Assembly (NCBI GenBank): GCA_951406725.2
Contig: OX597815.1
Location: 90,086,001-90,150,000, forward strand
Length of the DNA: 64,000 bases
Direction of reading: 5' to 3'
From: Octopus vulgaris
Lineage: Eukaryota
Shown: positions 43,986 to 58,379 of the stretch, piece after piece
Layout: every line of letters starts with the position of its first letter
Numbering within the stretch: the stretch's first letter is position 1
The notes under the pieces: model-generated
Database searches by the model: none
The model's input: the letters and a program-made list of their open reading frames with translations, nothing else
What the model was told of the DNA's origin: nothing
Position numbers and translations under genes: made by a program

Positions 43986-44151
43986 AGTAGTAGTAGTAGC
44001 AGCAGCAGCAGGTGCAGCAGCAGCGGTAGTTGTAGTAGTAGTAGTTGTAGTAGTAGTAGCAGCAGCAGTAGTAGTAGTAGTAGTAGTATTAGTAGCATCA
44101 GTAGCAGCAGCAAGAGCAGTAGCCGGAGCAGTAGCAGCAGTAGTAGTAGCT

Positions 44152-44221
<70 letters not shown>

Positions 44222-44321
44222 TAGTAGTAGTAGTAGTAGTAGTTGTAGTAGTAGTAGCTGTAGCAGGCGCAGCAGCAGCGGTAGTTGTAGTAGTAGTAGC
44301 AGTAGCAGCAGCAACAGCAGC

Positions 44322-44394
<73 letters not shown>

Positions 44395-44395
44395 A
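43986..44395. repeat. (TAG)n/(CAG)n compound microsatellite
   Basis: Directly visible. Confidence 0.95.
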
Positions 44396-45303
44396 TGGAG
44401 GAGGAGGAAGGTAGGCTGACGATGAAAAATTACTATACCGGATTTTCTAAACTTTAATTGCAATAACATCATTAATGGCAGCCAATATTCTGAAAAGACA
44501 AACCTTGTATAAGGGGATCGAAACGGGTGTATTGTATGAATGCGTTATCCATTTAATATTGCCGTAAATGAAAACTGTAGAAGAAGAGAAGCGAGTTAAT
44601 ATGCGTCACTGATTAATATATTTAATCCATCATTATTTCAATCTATACCATTTTCAAAGGCCAATGCGATACATGAAGGTATCTGATTGTATTTTCGAGC
44701 TCTCAGCATTGAAATATTATCCATATTATAAAATGTTGCGAATAATTAGCATATGCAACAAGCAAGTAATGAGTTAATGGTTAAACATTATGCAAACTGA
44801 GACAAAAGAAGTAATTATAGAAACGACAAACCCTAATACCGTTATAAGAACATTTCAAGTGGCTTTCCTTTCCTCAATCCTTTTTCTGCCAGGTCTATCA
44901 CTTCTAATCAATGTTAAATCAGTTTGACGTTAGGCATTAAATGAATTAGACAATATTATACTGTGGATTAGAAAATCAATTAGAAGTTGTAGATATACAA
45001 TTGCATCTTGTATACCGCAGAAAGTGAATAATTAGAAATATTGTTTTATATAGTATATGGATTTACTAGACGTATTTGCATGTAATTCGGATTAGAAATA
45101 AAAGGAGACGTAATTTGGAATAATACCATGCTTTGAAATGGAACAAATTAGCAGATATAGATAAAACACAAACATAACTTAAAAATCAAAGTTCTCGATA
45201 ACTTGAATTGAGGGATATATATTTATACACACACGCATATATAGATGATATAAATGACACGCAAATGTCATCTCTATCTATCGCGCTCTCTGTCTCTGTC
45301 TCT

Positions 45304-45382
<79 letters not shown>

Positions 45383-46536
45383 TATATCACCCTAGATTAG
45401 TACACCAAGCAAATAATAGATGTTAGACGTCAAAAGTGTAAATATCTGAGTAGTTACAATATTTTCAGCAAAACGCTAAATTAGTTCGTGATTCTTGACA
45501 AAAGAAAAAGAAAATATGGCCCTATACATCATTTACAGCAATTATAATTTGAAATAGGCTTAAATCCAGTTTCCACAGAGAATTCCGTTACGATGTATTT
45601 CGTAAAAAAAACAATGAAAACCTAAATAAATTTTCTACAAAAAACTCTTTTCTGCCCTAAGTTAAACAATCCAAATGACATTTTGAAGAGAAAGAAATAG
45701 ATATCACCATAAAACGAGAACCCGTTAAAAACTAAATTCAGATTGGGTCTTAAATATAGGATCACCCAAAATTGTGGTAAAACCATACATAATTATTATT
45801 TCTTTTAACACAACGAATTGATGCAGTCTTTGAAAATGACTGAAAATTCAATTTTATCTTATTGATAAATCTTTGATTATTTGACATTTGCAAGTGTCGT
45901 CGATAGGCGTTAAGGATTTTGTACAGACTATTTGAGAATTAGCGATACTTATTAAACATATACTTGCATTGTCCTCGTTTATGTTTTAAATGTATAATTC
46001 TCCTATACATACTGTAATCTTCACATTCCATCTCCAACCAAAAAAGCATAGTTCATACGAAACACTAAAGCAACTTCAGAAACATCAAAACGAATGCCAA
46101 CAAACACGAGAAATAGGTATATCATGTAAATACATTTCTACTAATCCAGTGCCAAATACAATGCTGTACAAATCTCAGGAAGACAGAGATGCAACACGTG
46201 GAAAACTAAAAATTCCTGTAATTTTAAAATAGATAGATGACAACGTAAAAAAACATAACTGTGATCTCAGGAGTTCTTTGATGAAAGTTATTAAGCTGTC
46301 AACACTTTATTAATTCTAATTTCACTTAAAGATTTTTACGATAGAATAAAAATTAAGCGTAATGTTGCTATGTTCAAAATCTTTCGCCACATGATACTGA
46401 ATAAAGTTTTTTTTTGTTACATATTTCCATTCGATTGTGTATTGCACATCCTTCAGATGGAAATAGTAGCATATCGATATATTTTCAATCGAATCAAAAA
46501 AGTTTGTTAGGCCCTCGCTCATCTCCGTTTCTGTAG

Positions 46537-46606
46537 ATAGGAGTCATCGAGCAGATTCCAAAAGCGACAGACAGAAAGTGAGAAACCACTCCACAGTGCT
46601 TAACTG
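46537..46606 (+). other. Possible 70-bp host internal exon (speculative)
   Basis: Pyrimidine-rich acceptor ctcatctccgtttctgtAG, donor TG|gtaaat, and an open frame RSHRADSKSDRQKVRNHSTVLN. Locally GC-richer than its flanks. Confidence 0.2.
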
Positions 46607-47776
46607 GTAAATTATTTCTGACCACAGAAACATGTAAATGAAAGTTGATAGGCCGCAGTATGACCTGATGTCTGATAGCCGAAAGAAATGTGTCCACTCC
46701 CTGTATCTGACAAACTAGGCACTAGATTTACGTAATTGTCGTATATGACGTTTGCAAAATAGTAAGCATTTATTTGTAGTGTTGGGACTTTAAATAAATG
46801 ATACTTAGTGTTGTTATATTTATACCTATAATAGAAAAGATATTTGAAAGATCTAAAAATTTCCGAAAATTGTACAGTAATAGTCACGTTTCAAGAATGT
46901 TACATTCCCATGAAATGCCCGTCATCAAACATTACAACCGGAAGAGATAAGATCTGTGTCTAGGAACTAACTGAATTGAGAGCAGAGAATATAAAAAGAG
47001 AGTGAAAATAGGAAATGAAGGAATACTGAAGTGCGCTGAAATTAACACTTAGATGACTACTTTCCAAACAGAGACGTGAAGACATCATCAGCAAAATTTA
47101 TCTTATATCAAACATCCAAATGTAGCGCAAATAATGTATCAACTACTACACAGTACAATATGTAAATCATCAAGAATCACATTTCATAAAACATCTATGG
47201 TAAATTTAAAAGTGAATATGATAGTATTATACAGCCACATGTAATAAATTAAATTAAATAATGACTTTAAAAATTTGAATTGACAATAAATCAATATAAC
47301 ATAAACAAGACACAATTAGATATTATGCAACACGAATATATGTTTGTGTTTATTTACAGAAATACACGCACGCATACACACACACACGCACACACACACA
47401 TATATATATACAGTTCTACAACAAAAGTATAATAAAAACCAAATCATGTTAACATCATTAAACGTCTAGCTGAAATTATTTATTAGACCGAGTGATTTTG
47501 AATAAAAGTAGTTCTAATTTAATTATGGATATACGAAATGTTTTCCTTTTTTTCAGAAAATAAAGTTTATTAATATTTCGTTGTTTCTTTGTGCTATTCA
47601 TATTTATCTTCCGCAAATAGAACACTATTTCTTTAAAAGGAAGAAACAACAAAAATATCATTGAACTATAATGAAATTTTAAAAAAATGTCTCCTTTTCT
47701 TTAATTCGTGAGAATCATCAGCTTTATATTTGGTACATTTCAGAAAGTGGAGTGAAATGGTGAACTATGAACATAT

Positions 47777-47833
<57 letters not shown>

Positions 47834-50604
47834 CGTGCATTTTCGCGTGTATTTTGGTTCATCAAATATTGTTTATCACGTAGTATGGAATAACAAAGTG
47901 ATGTAAACTTCTGGCTGGTTCTGGGAAACTATAACTATACAACAATTATAACATCACCGATGGATAGCAATGACCCAAAGATACTGAAGATAAGATACTT
48001 TTCTTAAACAGACATGATGACATCTTGTAACACAAGTAGTATACAAGTTAAACGCAAACAAGATAGAATCTCGAAAGAATCACCGAGGATGTACACATGT
48101 TTTATGGTGTGAAATTACATGTTAATGTCGTTGCATTAACTTTATATTTCGAAATGTGATTATTTATTTATTTGTTTTTCAAACAACATCTTGGCTGTCA
48201 CATCAGCCATTCTTTGACATGCGTTCAATTAAGGTGGCCATATATATATAACAAATTTAGCAATCGGTAAAATTCCCTGCATCGGTAGGCCCTTCTACCA
48301 TCGATAACAGAATTTTTATACTATTAGGTACTCATGTTATGGAATTGATATTTATAAACACTAGCGAACTGAATACATATCGCACGGTTACTGTGTTTAG
48401 ATTCAAAATGTATATTCTGGATTCATATTCTTTCACGTTCACTTTTGCATTTGTTCCTCAGGAGGAACTAAAAATATGTTCTTGTTTTGTACCGAGATGA
48501 GCCGAATCAATTCTAACCTATTCTTTGCGTAACTCTGTCATAGATAATGTGAAAAATCTGTCTTTACCTCTCTTCATAAACTTCAAACAATCGAATGTTT
48601 TTCCCGGTCATACTAACCACCAAGCATATCTCAGCACTTGCTATTCATCAGTCTAAAATGTTTTAAGCCATGTCGAAGTTTAATTCGCACAACGATATCA
48701 CATATACATTAATAGGCAACATTTCGCATATGTTGCTTAGCAAGGTACTGTTAACATAAATCTAGAAAAGTTTCTATGAAAATAATTTTCGATAGGATAA
48801 TTTATATTCGACCCTACAGTTTCATTGTATTTTCACAATGTTTACCATCAAATTTGGCATAATTAGGATGTCTAAGCAATTCAAAGTCAATAATAATTTT
48901 GGCTTTGATCGTGGTTACTATATATGGACAAAATGTATTAAACTAAATCATGTACACTATAACTGATTTGACCGTTTTAATCGATATATGAGAATATATT
49001 AATCGATATCCGACAACAGCTATCACATATTCCCATCTACTTTGAATTTACATAACAATCCACTGTGCATACGTCTTTTCCTTGCATTAAATTTATTTCT
49101 AGCACTCACCAAACACAAAACTCATTATTTACGGGGAGAAGGGGATGCTTGCTTTCTACATTTTATTCATAAGAAGCCTAAGAGTTATGTTAATACTTTA
49201 ATATAAAAACATATTTCACACAAAAACAGAAATGGACGATGATTACATCGCTATTTTGTGAACCTAAAGCTAAAATGAGAACGATGATAATGGAAGGTTC
49301 ATATTAAAGTCAGAAAAATAATAAGGTTCTTTGACATCACTTCAACTATATGGCTAATTTTCGCAGCACGCTATATTACAAAAGAGCCTCTTTAACATTA
49401 ACTGAGGGCATAATTTATTTTCTCTTCAAGATAGAATATGAAAATGCTTTGTATGTGAATGAATATAATGTTACTTGTGTAGAGAAATCTGCTCATATAA
49501 ACATTATCTTTTTTAATCAATATCTTCAAAATAACTACAAAAATGGAGAAAAGAAATCATAAGCATCACCAGCATCATTATTATTATTGCTATTATTATT
49601 ATTATCATCATCATCACTATGCTTTCAACATATTCTTGCAAGTTCTTTACCGCACAACCAGGTGCACTTCCGCGTTACTCAAATGTGTACAACATAGTCT
49701 GTTGGTGGTGTAGAATTATGTTTCCAAGCTGTTTATGTATTGCTTTTTAGTGATTATTTAGTTGTTATTTCTATTGTTATTTTGGTGTTTCATCTTTTTG
49801 TTCTGCATTATACGTGCATTGGAAATTGTGTTATTTTGTTAGGTGACGATAGTGTTTTCAATGAGTTTTGAAAGTTGTGATATCTTAAATTCCTGAGTTC
49901 TAATAATGTAGAGTATGCACAGTGAGGGCTGTGTTATATTTTAAGGAAATATTATGTAACAGTGTGATTATATGTAGACTATATGCAGTGTGAGTTGTCT
50001 TACACTAATGAGTGGCACATAAAATAGAATGGGTTTAAAGAGACGATACTAGAGCGATGAATGTGCTGTTGTATTGCTTGTGGATTATGTATGTGATTCT
50101 ATTCTTGTATTATAATAGTGTAACGCTTATGCTATGAAAGGTATGGTATGCCATTGTCATTATTGTATAGAGAATATATTGCGTGAAATGTGAACAAAGT
50201 AAACTAATGCAGTAAAGGTTTTTGCGTAAATTCTGAACTGTGTTATGCAATGCGGGTTGATACCGTTAACTTGAAAAATATACGGAAAGAAATATAATAC
50301 CGGTTCTACTGTATTATATTGTCCGACACAGGACATTTAATAAACGAATGCCTACATTTGCGAGATTTCTTATCTTCTGATTGGTTAGGTTAGTGTATCT
50401 TTTATTTCTTTCAAGAAAGTTATATCTCATGAATTTATCATCTCGTCTTTTTTCTTGACTCAACTCGAACTATAAGGTACAGATCGTTCCTTTCTTGTCA
50501 CTGCCATTATCAAGAAAATCACCAGCGGGAAAGAAGGGTTTATTGTCACCGATACCTCCCTTGCAGTAACAAACAGAAGCAGTGACAATAAAAACACTAC
50601 CACC

Positions 50605-50838
50605 TATTTCTTTATTACCCACTAGGGGCTAAACACAGAGGGGACAAACAAGGACAGACATAGGTATTAAGTCGATTACATCGACCCCAGTATTAAATTA
50701 AGTAACTGGTACTTAATTTATCGACCCCGAAAGGATGAAAGGCAAAGTCGACCTCGGCGGAATTTGAACTCACAACGTAACGCAGACGAAATACCGCTAA
50801 GCATTTCGCCCGGCGTGCTAAGGTTTCTGCCAGCTCGC
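50605..50838 (-). mobile_element. SINE family A, well preserved, alternative 3' tail
   Basis: tcgaccccgaaaggatgaaaggcaaagtcgacctcggcggaatttgaactc...ctgccagctcgc. Confidence 0.9.
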
Positions 50839-52686
50839 AAACACTACCACCACCCCAATATTAATTAAGGTATGGGAAACAGATGCAGTATCAGTAAAAG
50901 CACAGCATAACAGCCAGAAAATGACAACAAAACAAATAACACTAAGCAAATATATCTGTTGATTACAAATTTTCGCCTGTAACATTCGTTAGTTCACGAT
51001 CCTTGTCCTTGCAAAAAACGTTTAGGAGCAATACTGAGCATTAAATTTTAGTTGATAGATATTGAGATAATCTTCGATGCTTTACACTCCGGTTTCTACA
51101 CTACAATAAAATCGATTAAATTTGCTTGCTTTCCATTTGAAATTTTGACATCCTTCAGTGGATAAGATCAAACATTGAAAACAGAACGATTCTCTAGAAG
51201 ACCTAATGCTGTATTTTAAAATAGCGTATTTAATTGGCGTTGTTAAAAAACAAGAAAACAAGCATCACATTTTAAGTAACAAATTTGGGGAGTTTATCTT
51301 TGCAGTAAACTAAAAATATGTTTACACCAACTTTCAAATAATATGTCAATATATTTGTATTAAGTTTAATAGAATTGATCATTGAGTACTTTAATTACAT
51401 TTGAGCCTTACGTTCACCTACCTGACTTCTACGATGAAAAACAACGATGGATGCTATCAGCATTCTGATTTTTCCTACTTTATGCTTGTAGCACAAACTG
51501 AAATTTTCCCTTTGCTGCAAATCTGAAAATGCAGTTGCGTGAAAATTTTTTCCATGAACTCCAGATTTTCATAAATGAATTAAATTAAATTTTTTTCCCA
51601 TGTATCATGACTCTCCACTGGCTGACAGATTAATAAGACTTTATCAAAAAAATTTTCGTAAATACAGTCAAACAGCACAGACATTTTTGCAAGCAACGTT
51701 GTTGACCCGTTTATTTTAAGCTCATAAAGAGCTTATGTGTTCAACTTCATGTAAATATGAAGCGTTTTGAATAAGCCTTGGAAGAGTATCTTTATTAAGT
51801 AGAAAGTTATCGATATTTTTACCGTACTTTAAACATATGAAACACTTTGCACAGAAGATTTATTTTCGTAAGTTTTTCGCCAGATATTGCTAGTTTCCAA
51901 CCAATGCAACATGAAATAAGAAAGGCAGTTCTATTTGTTTGCCATAAAAGCTGGAAATATAGATTTTGTTGAATCCAATATCAAATAAATTTTTTAAGAT
52001 ATTTTTGAAATAGACCTTATATTTCAAATCGCATGTGTTGTTTCGAAATGACACTTCAATTTAGTAGCATGTAAGTTGTAATTAAAACCTTTCTACATTT
52101 AACACAAAATCTACTTGGTCCACCAGCAATCAATATTTCTCGATATTTTCTTTTCTAATTTTTACTTCGTTTAGATTGTTGTATTGATGTTTCGTGGGGG
52201 AAAAATCATGCTGTAGGTGCAAGCTAAATAGCATCAGTTACGTTCATGTTGCCTTGCTTTAGCACTTGATTTACTATCGATTTTTAGCCAAATTATCCGC
52301 TGAGAGAGTAAAAAAAGTGCGATGTATTGATTGTAGGAAATCATAATTGCCCAAAACATTTATGTTCATGATGCGTGCATTAGAAAAGTCATTTAAGTAT
52401 TTAGCGCCAATATTGTACCCTATTTTCAAGAAACATTCCACGTTTATTATTTCCTCAACTAAAAGCAGTATAAAATGATTGTCTAATATAAGCTTAGCCT
52501 GCCAGTTTTCAGCCATATTTATCTAGAATTGAAATTCTTAGATCAAACATAAATGCATAATATTCGAGAATTTATTATGCAAGTTTGGTGTATTTATTTT
52601 TCATAGGCCTGTTTTGCATTTATACTAGGGAACTCCATATGACGTGTGTGTGTTCCTCCTTCACACATACGCACAAACATACGCGG

Positions 52687-52731
<45 letters not shown>

Positions 52732-52794
52732 AAATTAATAGCATAAGCAGACTCATATGTGAATACATGTATATGTGTAGGTAGGTAGGTATTG

Positions 52795-53010
52795 ATGTAA
52801 AATTTGGTCACAACGACAGCAATTTCGAGGAAGTAGGCAAGTCGATTACACTGATCGCAGTACTTGACTGGTACCCATTTTATCAACCCTGAAAAGGATG
52901 AAAGGCAAATTCGACCTCGGCGAAATTTCAACTCAGAACGAAAAATCAATCGAAATGTTGTCAAGCATTTTGCATGGTGAGCACACGATTCTAATATCTC
53001 GCTGTCTTAA
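52795..53010 (-). mobile_element. SINE family A (diverged)
   Basis: aaggatgaaaggcaaattcgacctcggcgaaatttcaactcagaacg. Confidence 0.8.
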
Positions 53011-55954
53011 GGCAAATATATATTAGCTATGGATATAAAGTGACGCTCTTTACATTTTTCAATTTCGACTACGAGAAATTATAAACAACGTTGACGACAA
53101 CGATGGCAATGGCGAAGGTGAAAGTGACGGTAACGCATTAAGGGATACAAACACCAGCACCGTTAGCAACACGAGAACTAGGGCCGAGATGACTACAACA
53201 ATATCACCAGACACATGCTCCGATGACAGCTCTAACAGCAGTGGCAACAAAAACTCCAGGCCCTGAGCCAATACTAGATATTCTCAGAGGCGTGAACACA
53301 ACTAGCAATCAAGTTCGAAGATATATCGGCTTGGCCGAAAGTTCCATAGGTCCTCTTTTAGGGCCCGGAAAGACGTTAAGTCATATCCCTGGCAAACCTC
53401 TTGCGTGCGTGTTTATGTGTATGTGCGTGTATGTGTGTGTGTGTGCGCGCGTGGCTGTGTATTTGAAAAGAAACATTCCTTGCTTCAATATTATGTATCC
53501 ACCATTTGTAACGTTTTGTCAAAGTCACCAGGCACACTTTCCATCATTATCCATAAAATATTTGGCAAAAGGATGCTGGAAAAATAACTTCATGAATCAA
53601 ATTTTAGACCGTAAAAGATGTAATTGCAATTTCATTGCCAACAGGAATCGGCCGAACAGATTTTGCACCAAAGCTATCCTAGGGAGTAAATTTGAGTTAC
53701 AAGATAATCTATGTAATTCTCTTTGAAGAATTATCCGAGTGCCAATTTTATTGCAAGTATGTCGAACCCGATGCTTTTTTTTTCTCACTGCAAAATTCTT
53801 AACTATAAACTTGCTACACTGTATATAATGTTCTTTTAAGATAATCTTTGTGCAGTTCTTTATCAATTCATTTATAGTGATTCTCTTCAGAAAGACGCCA
53901 ACTGCTTGTTGTCGAGGGTCACCCCCAACAACTCACGCGTATCTAGCACTAGCACATAGGGACGTTAACAATAATGTTATTTGACGAATGACAATTTTAC
54001 TCTGTACCTGATGTAAGCGATCACTAAACCGATGACAAGTCTTCACGGTCTCAAAATACCGATTTTGCATTTAGGCTAGGTAATTTTGTACATAATTCAA
54101 GATCCATATCTATCTAGATGTACACTATCTCTCCGTTTGAACCATTCGTAGAAATGAAGTGTAAAATTCTGAGTCATTCAGAGAAAACTATTGAGTACCT
54201 GAGATCCTGATCATATGCATTATTATCACACCCCAAATCGAACGACTTCATATTGATAAGCAAGTGGTGTTGCTTTTATATGTAATGTACACCACATACT
54301 GTTAGTACGCTGAGGGACGTAATTGCAAAAGTTAGAGAGATCTTTTACTTCGTTTCGAATAATTGGAAATTTCATATTTTTGAAAGTACACCCCTATAAA
54401 TATCACAACAATAGTTTCTCGGTTGCTTACGCTTTTTCGGAAAATTCCCCTTATATATGCATATATGAAAAATTTTGTCTTACAGCTCTTGATTGTTGGG
54501 ATTTAAGAAGGAAAATATTTACTTAAACTGTGCAGTAGTCGACCTAAGTGCCACTTACATAAATCTTTGTAAGACATTCCTACTATGTACAACCGAAAAC
54601 GTATAATTACCAGAGAAATGCGCTTCTATGGAAAATCGAATGAAGGATATCACGCTACACGCAGGAGAAAATTTCATTACTATAAATTATTCCGAAAGGC
54701 CAACATTACGAAATATCAAACGTCAAGTATCAAAACAGCAACAGAAATAATAGTTTAGATACAACAATGCCAAAGATATTGAGGCAATAAATGAGGTAAA
54801 ACAAAATAATCAACTGAATAAAATGACTAATTATATCTATATGACAAGAAATACTAGCCCTAAGGAATATACGGAGAACATAATTCGAAATGCAGTACGG
54901 AATATTGTCAGTGAACAGGTAGCAGATACAAAGCGACAAAAATATTTTGACAAATTAAATTTAAATGCTGAAGTGAATCTAATGGTCTTTGTGTATTTTT
55001 AAATGGCTTATAAACATCTTCCACACTGCAATTGTTATATTTTGAAATATCATAAGTAAATTAAAAATCTTTAATCTGTAGAGAGTGGAAATTGCAATGA
55101 AAAGTATATGCTAATATAATCGACAGGCAGAAAAGACAAACACTAAATTTTTCCAACAAAATGCGATAAAAATAACATTTCCTAAAACAGGAACCGTTTA
55201 AATAAATGACTTGTAGATACGGGCGTAGGCATAGAACCAGTTGATGAAAGGTGGTAAGTAAGTTTGCAACTCTAGCAAAGCAGTGTACGACTTCACAATA
55301 GATTTATGTGATTTACTAAAACGTTTAATGAATTATTTAATGAAAAGTGATGCGCATAATCATTTTTAATTTAAAACGACATGCACACAAACAAGTCTGG
55401 TAAAAGAGTATATAATTTAGCAAAATAAGTGCGATTATACGACGGACAAGTGGAAACAAGACACGTTTACGTGACAACGATATGTGATATGGAGATGAAA
55501 AAATCTATTAGAAGAACTGGATATGTTCACGAAGTTGAAAAATACACGCAACGCAAGCTCTGAATTGTTTGATTAACATACACATTAAGATATTCAAATT
55601 CATACGAGAACATTATGCTGAAGTCAACTTATGAAAGCAGAATAACAAATTAGCATATGAAACATGCATCAAACATATGAACTGCTGGATAAAAGATCAT
55701 TGAGAAAAAAAATTAACCTGCTACAGTATAAATGTATGCAAATGCAGTCCAAAATACTGGTGTAAGAACGGTTCACCTGACAGTCGTAATCTAAAATGCA
55801 GGTCGAGAGAGAAAATATATCAGTTTAATTTTAAATGTTTTTTTACAGCATACACAGGATCTTTACGAAGTATACTTCAGGGATATATGTGCATGTATAT
55901 AAACGTGTGTAGGGGTGTTTGTATGTTTGTGTGTGTGTGGGGGGGTACTTCAGG

Positions 55955-57000
55955 CCAACCAGAAGTTCCTCATTAATTCTAAACTTCTGTAAGCCCTCCA
56001 TAGCATATCCCGAAGCATGCGCTCATGAGCCTTTTCCAGGTCCACAAAGCAAGCATACACCTTTTGGCATACATCCACGATTTCTCAATAACCTACCGTA
56101 AAGTGAATATCAGGTCACTTGTGCTGCGACCAGAACGGATGTAATACTATTCATCGGCAAGCTTTGGTTTCAAAATTTCTCCCTATTTTTCCTGTCAACA
56201 GGCATAGACCATACCGAAGATAATCAATAAGGAGACTCACTATCCTTAGAACAGTCTATCTTGTTTCATTGCTAAAGGTGCTTTTGGCTCATCAGGAGTT
56301 GACATCCAAAGATGTAATGAAGAGATTCGCTAAAGAATGCTGTCGGGCAGCGAGAAGAATTAGTAGACTGTACTAGTGGCTTTCTTCAGAAAGTTTTCTT
56401 AGTGCACTTAGTATGTTAGAACACCACTGAGATAAATGGAGAAGTTTAAGTATCCTGGAGCATTATTCATGTGTGACGGGAAGCAGTAGACTGAACTGGA
56501 TGCTAGAAGTACAGGTACTGGTAGAGTAATTCGTCAGTTTCATCATTCATCCTCAGGAAAGGAGAGGATGGTGAAAAGCCAAACTCGTCTTCAATTCGGT
56601 TTTCGTGCGTATCCTGGCACGTGATCATGAATGTTGGATAATGTCCAAAAGTGTACGATCCTGAATACAAGCTACTGAAATGGGATACCTCCGAAAGGTT
56701 TTTGGAGTAAAGTTACCGGAGATGATGCGTTACTCAGAGTTCACGGAGCCTCTTCAGATAGATCTACTGCTCCGTGGTATTGATTGACATAGCTCCGGCA
56801 CTGTGGGCATGTGATTAGAATGTTGTAGGGGAGCTGAACAAGACAGATTCTTCAAGCTAAGCCAAGCATCAGGAGGTCTTGAGGTAGTCCAAGAAGATAC
56901 AGTTGAATATTATGCATTGTGTAAGTAGGTCGCGTTTTGGAATCTAGCTGCAATGTTTAATGACGGCTGCTTCTTATTGGAGATGCCTGGAGTTTCAACC
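55955..57000 (-). mobile_element. RTE-clade LINE RT fragment, degenerate
   Basis: SLLIIFGMVYA, YIRSGRSTSD, VYACFVDLEKAHERMLRDMLW (RTE-type CFVDLEKAYD). The upstream extent is uncertain. Confidence 0.7.
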
Positions 57001-57069
57001 CCGACGCTTCTACCATACATATGTCATCATCATCATTATCATTATCATCATAACTATTATTATTATTAT

Positions 57070-57390
57070 TACTTATTCGTAACACAGTGGAGGTAAAATG
57101 CACCGGAGGCTTTAATCATCTGTCAAGTCACAACAAGTACCTCAGACAGATAATACTTTCTTAAGATGTGCGCCTTGCCCAATAAGGCTGCCTTTTGCAA
57201 GACAACAATCATGCATGGGATTTCCAGTTGCCTTAAGAAGTCATGCAGTTTCAATGGGATTGAGTCCAACGCTCTGATCACCACTGGTATCGCTTTTACA
57301 TTACCCTCCCGAATTCCATACATTCTTGCCACTTCCACTTTCAATTCGGAGTACTTGGTGATTTTTTCAATCCCTTTACTCACAACGATG
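57070..57390 (-). mobile_element. R4/Dong 3' fragment, another lineage
   Basis: EKITKYSELKVEVARM...IPVVIRAL...LQKAALLGKAHILRK, then a 3' UTR and (TAA)n. Confidence 0.85.
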
Positions 57391-58180
57391 TAAGCATTGC
57401 TCGTAAGGTAGCTTCTTAAGTCTAACATGTCTATATCTAGTACGTGGCCCTGTGTGAATCGGTCGACGACTAATTTGGATGGTAATTTGCTTTGTTATCA
57501 ATGACGCATGACGAGCTTCGACGTTGACATTACGGGACGGATTTATCTGTTTAGGGTCAATATTTTGCATGTAAACATTGCTCGTACTGTAGCTTCTTAA
57601 AACTAACAGATCTGTATTCGTCTGTATTGTTTTTGACAGGATTATCTCCGAGCAAAGTTTTTTTGTAGTGTTTTAAAACTTATGAATGGTTCGCTGTGTC
57701 TGTGTTACTTCAAAAATCAAAACAAGAAAAAAGAAAAAAAAACAGTTTTGCTTTTGGTTGTTACTTCGTTTGTGAAATGTGTCTTCATGTGAGTGAATGT
57801 GTGTCCTGCAAGTTTCATGTAGTGCAAACATTGAGATGTATCTGTAGCCCCATATGTATCAAAATGTACATATGATTGTTTGCACATTCGAGTGAATGCT
57901 TAATTACTTAATTTATGTACCTAGAGTTTTGTTCCATTTCTGTTTTATAATTTGTAACTTTCCGGTGTTCATTTCGTGTGTGTTTGTTTCGCACGTTTCA
58001 TTGAGACATCGCGCATAGTAGAAACTATGCTTTGTATGGCAGTAAAATTTCGTTTTTTAAAATTATTTTCGTGAAACCACTTCATTCAAGTCTTCCACAG
58101 GTTCCTTTATCTAATTCCATCGATGTTATTGCATTAGGTTTGTTTTGGAATGGGGTGCCCGATATAGCACGTCCACGTTA

Positions 58181-58280
<100 letters not shown>

Positions 58281-58283
58281 GAT

Positions 58284-58378
58284 TGCCTTTGCAGCTTCTA
58301 ACGCTGGAGATGCACTGCGGTGTCAGCTGTTCACTACCAGTGAACTAAGGTAACATCTCTTAATTTTCAAGCACCTTT
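58284..58378 (-). mobile_element. R4/Dong lineage A 3' UTR only
   Basis: Reverse complement matches 5385-5479 and 11875-11969. Confidence 0.85.
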
Positions 58379-58379
58379 A

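Noticed and set aside
48358-48715. Possible second decayed Helitron (actagc...atcgcacgg end)
   Set aside because: The termini and hairpin are too degenerate to support the call.
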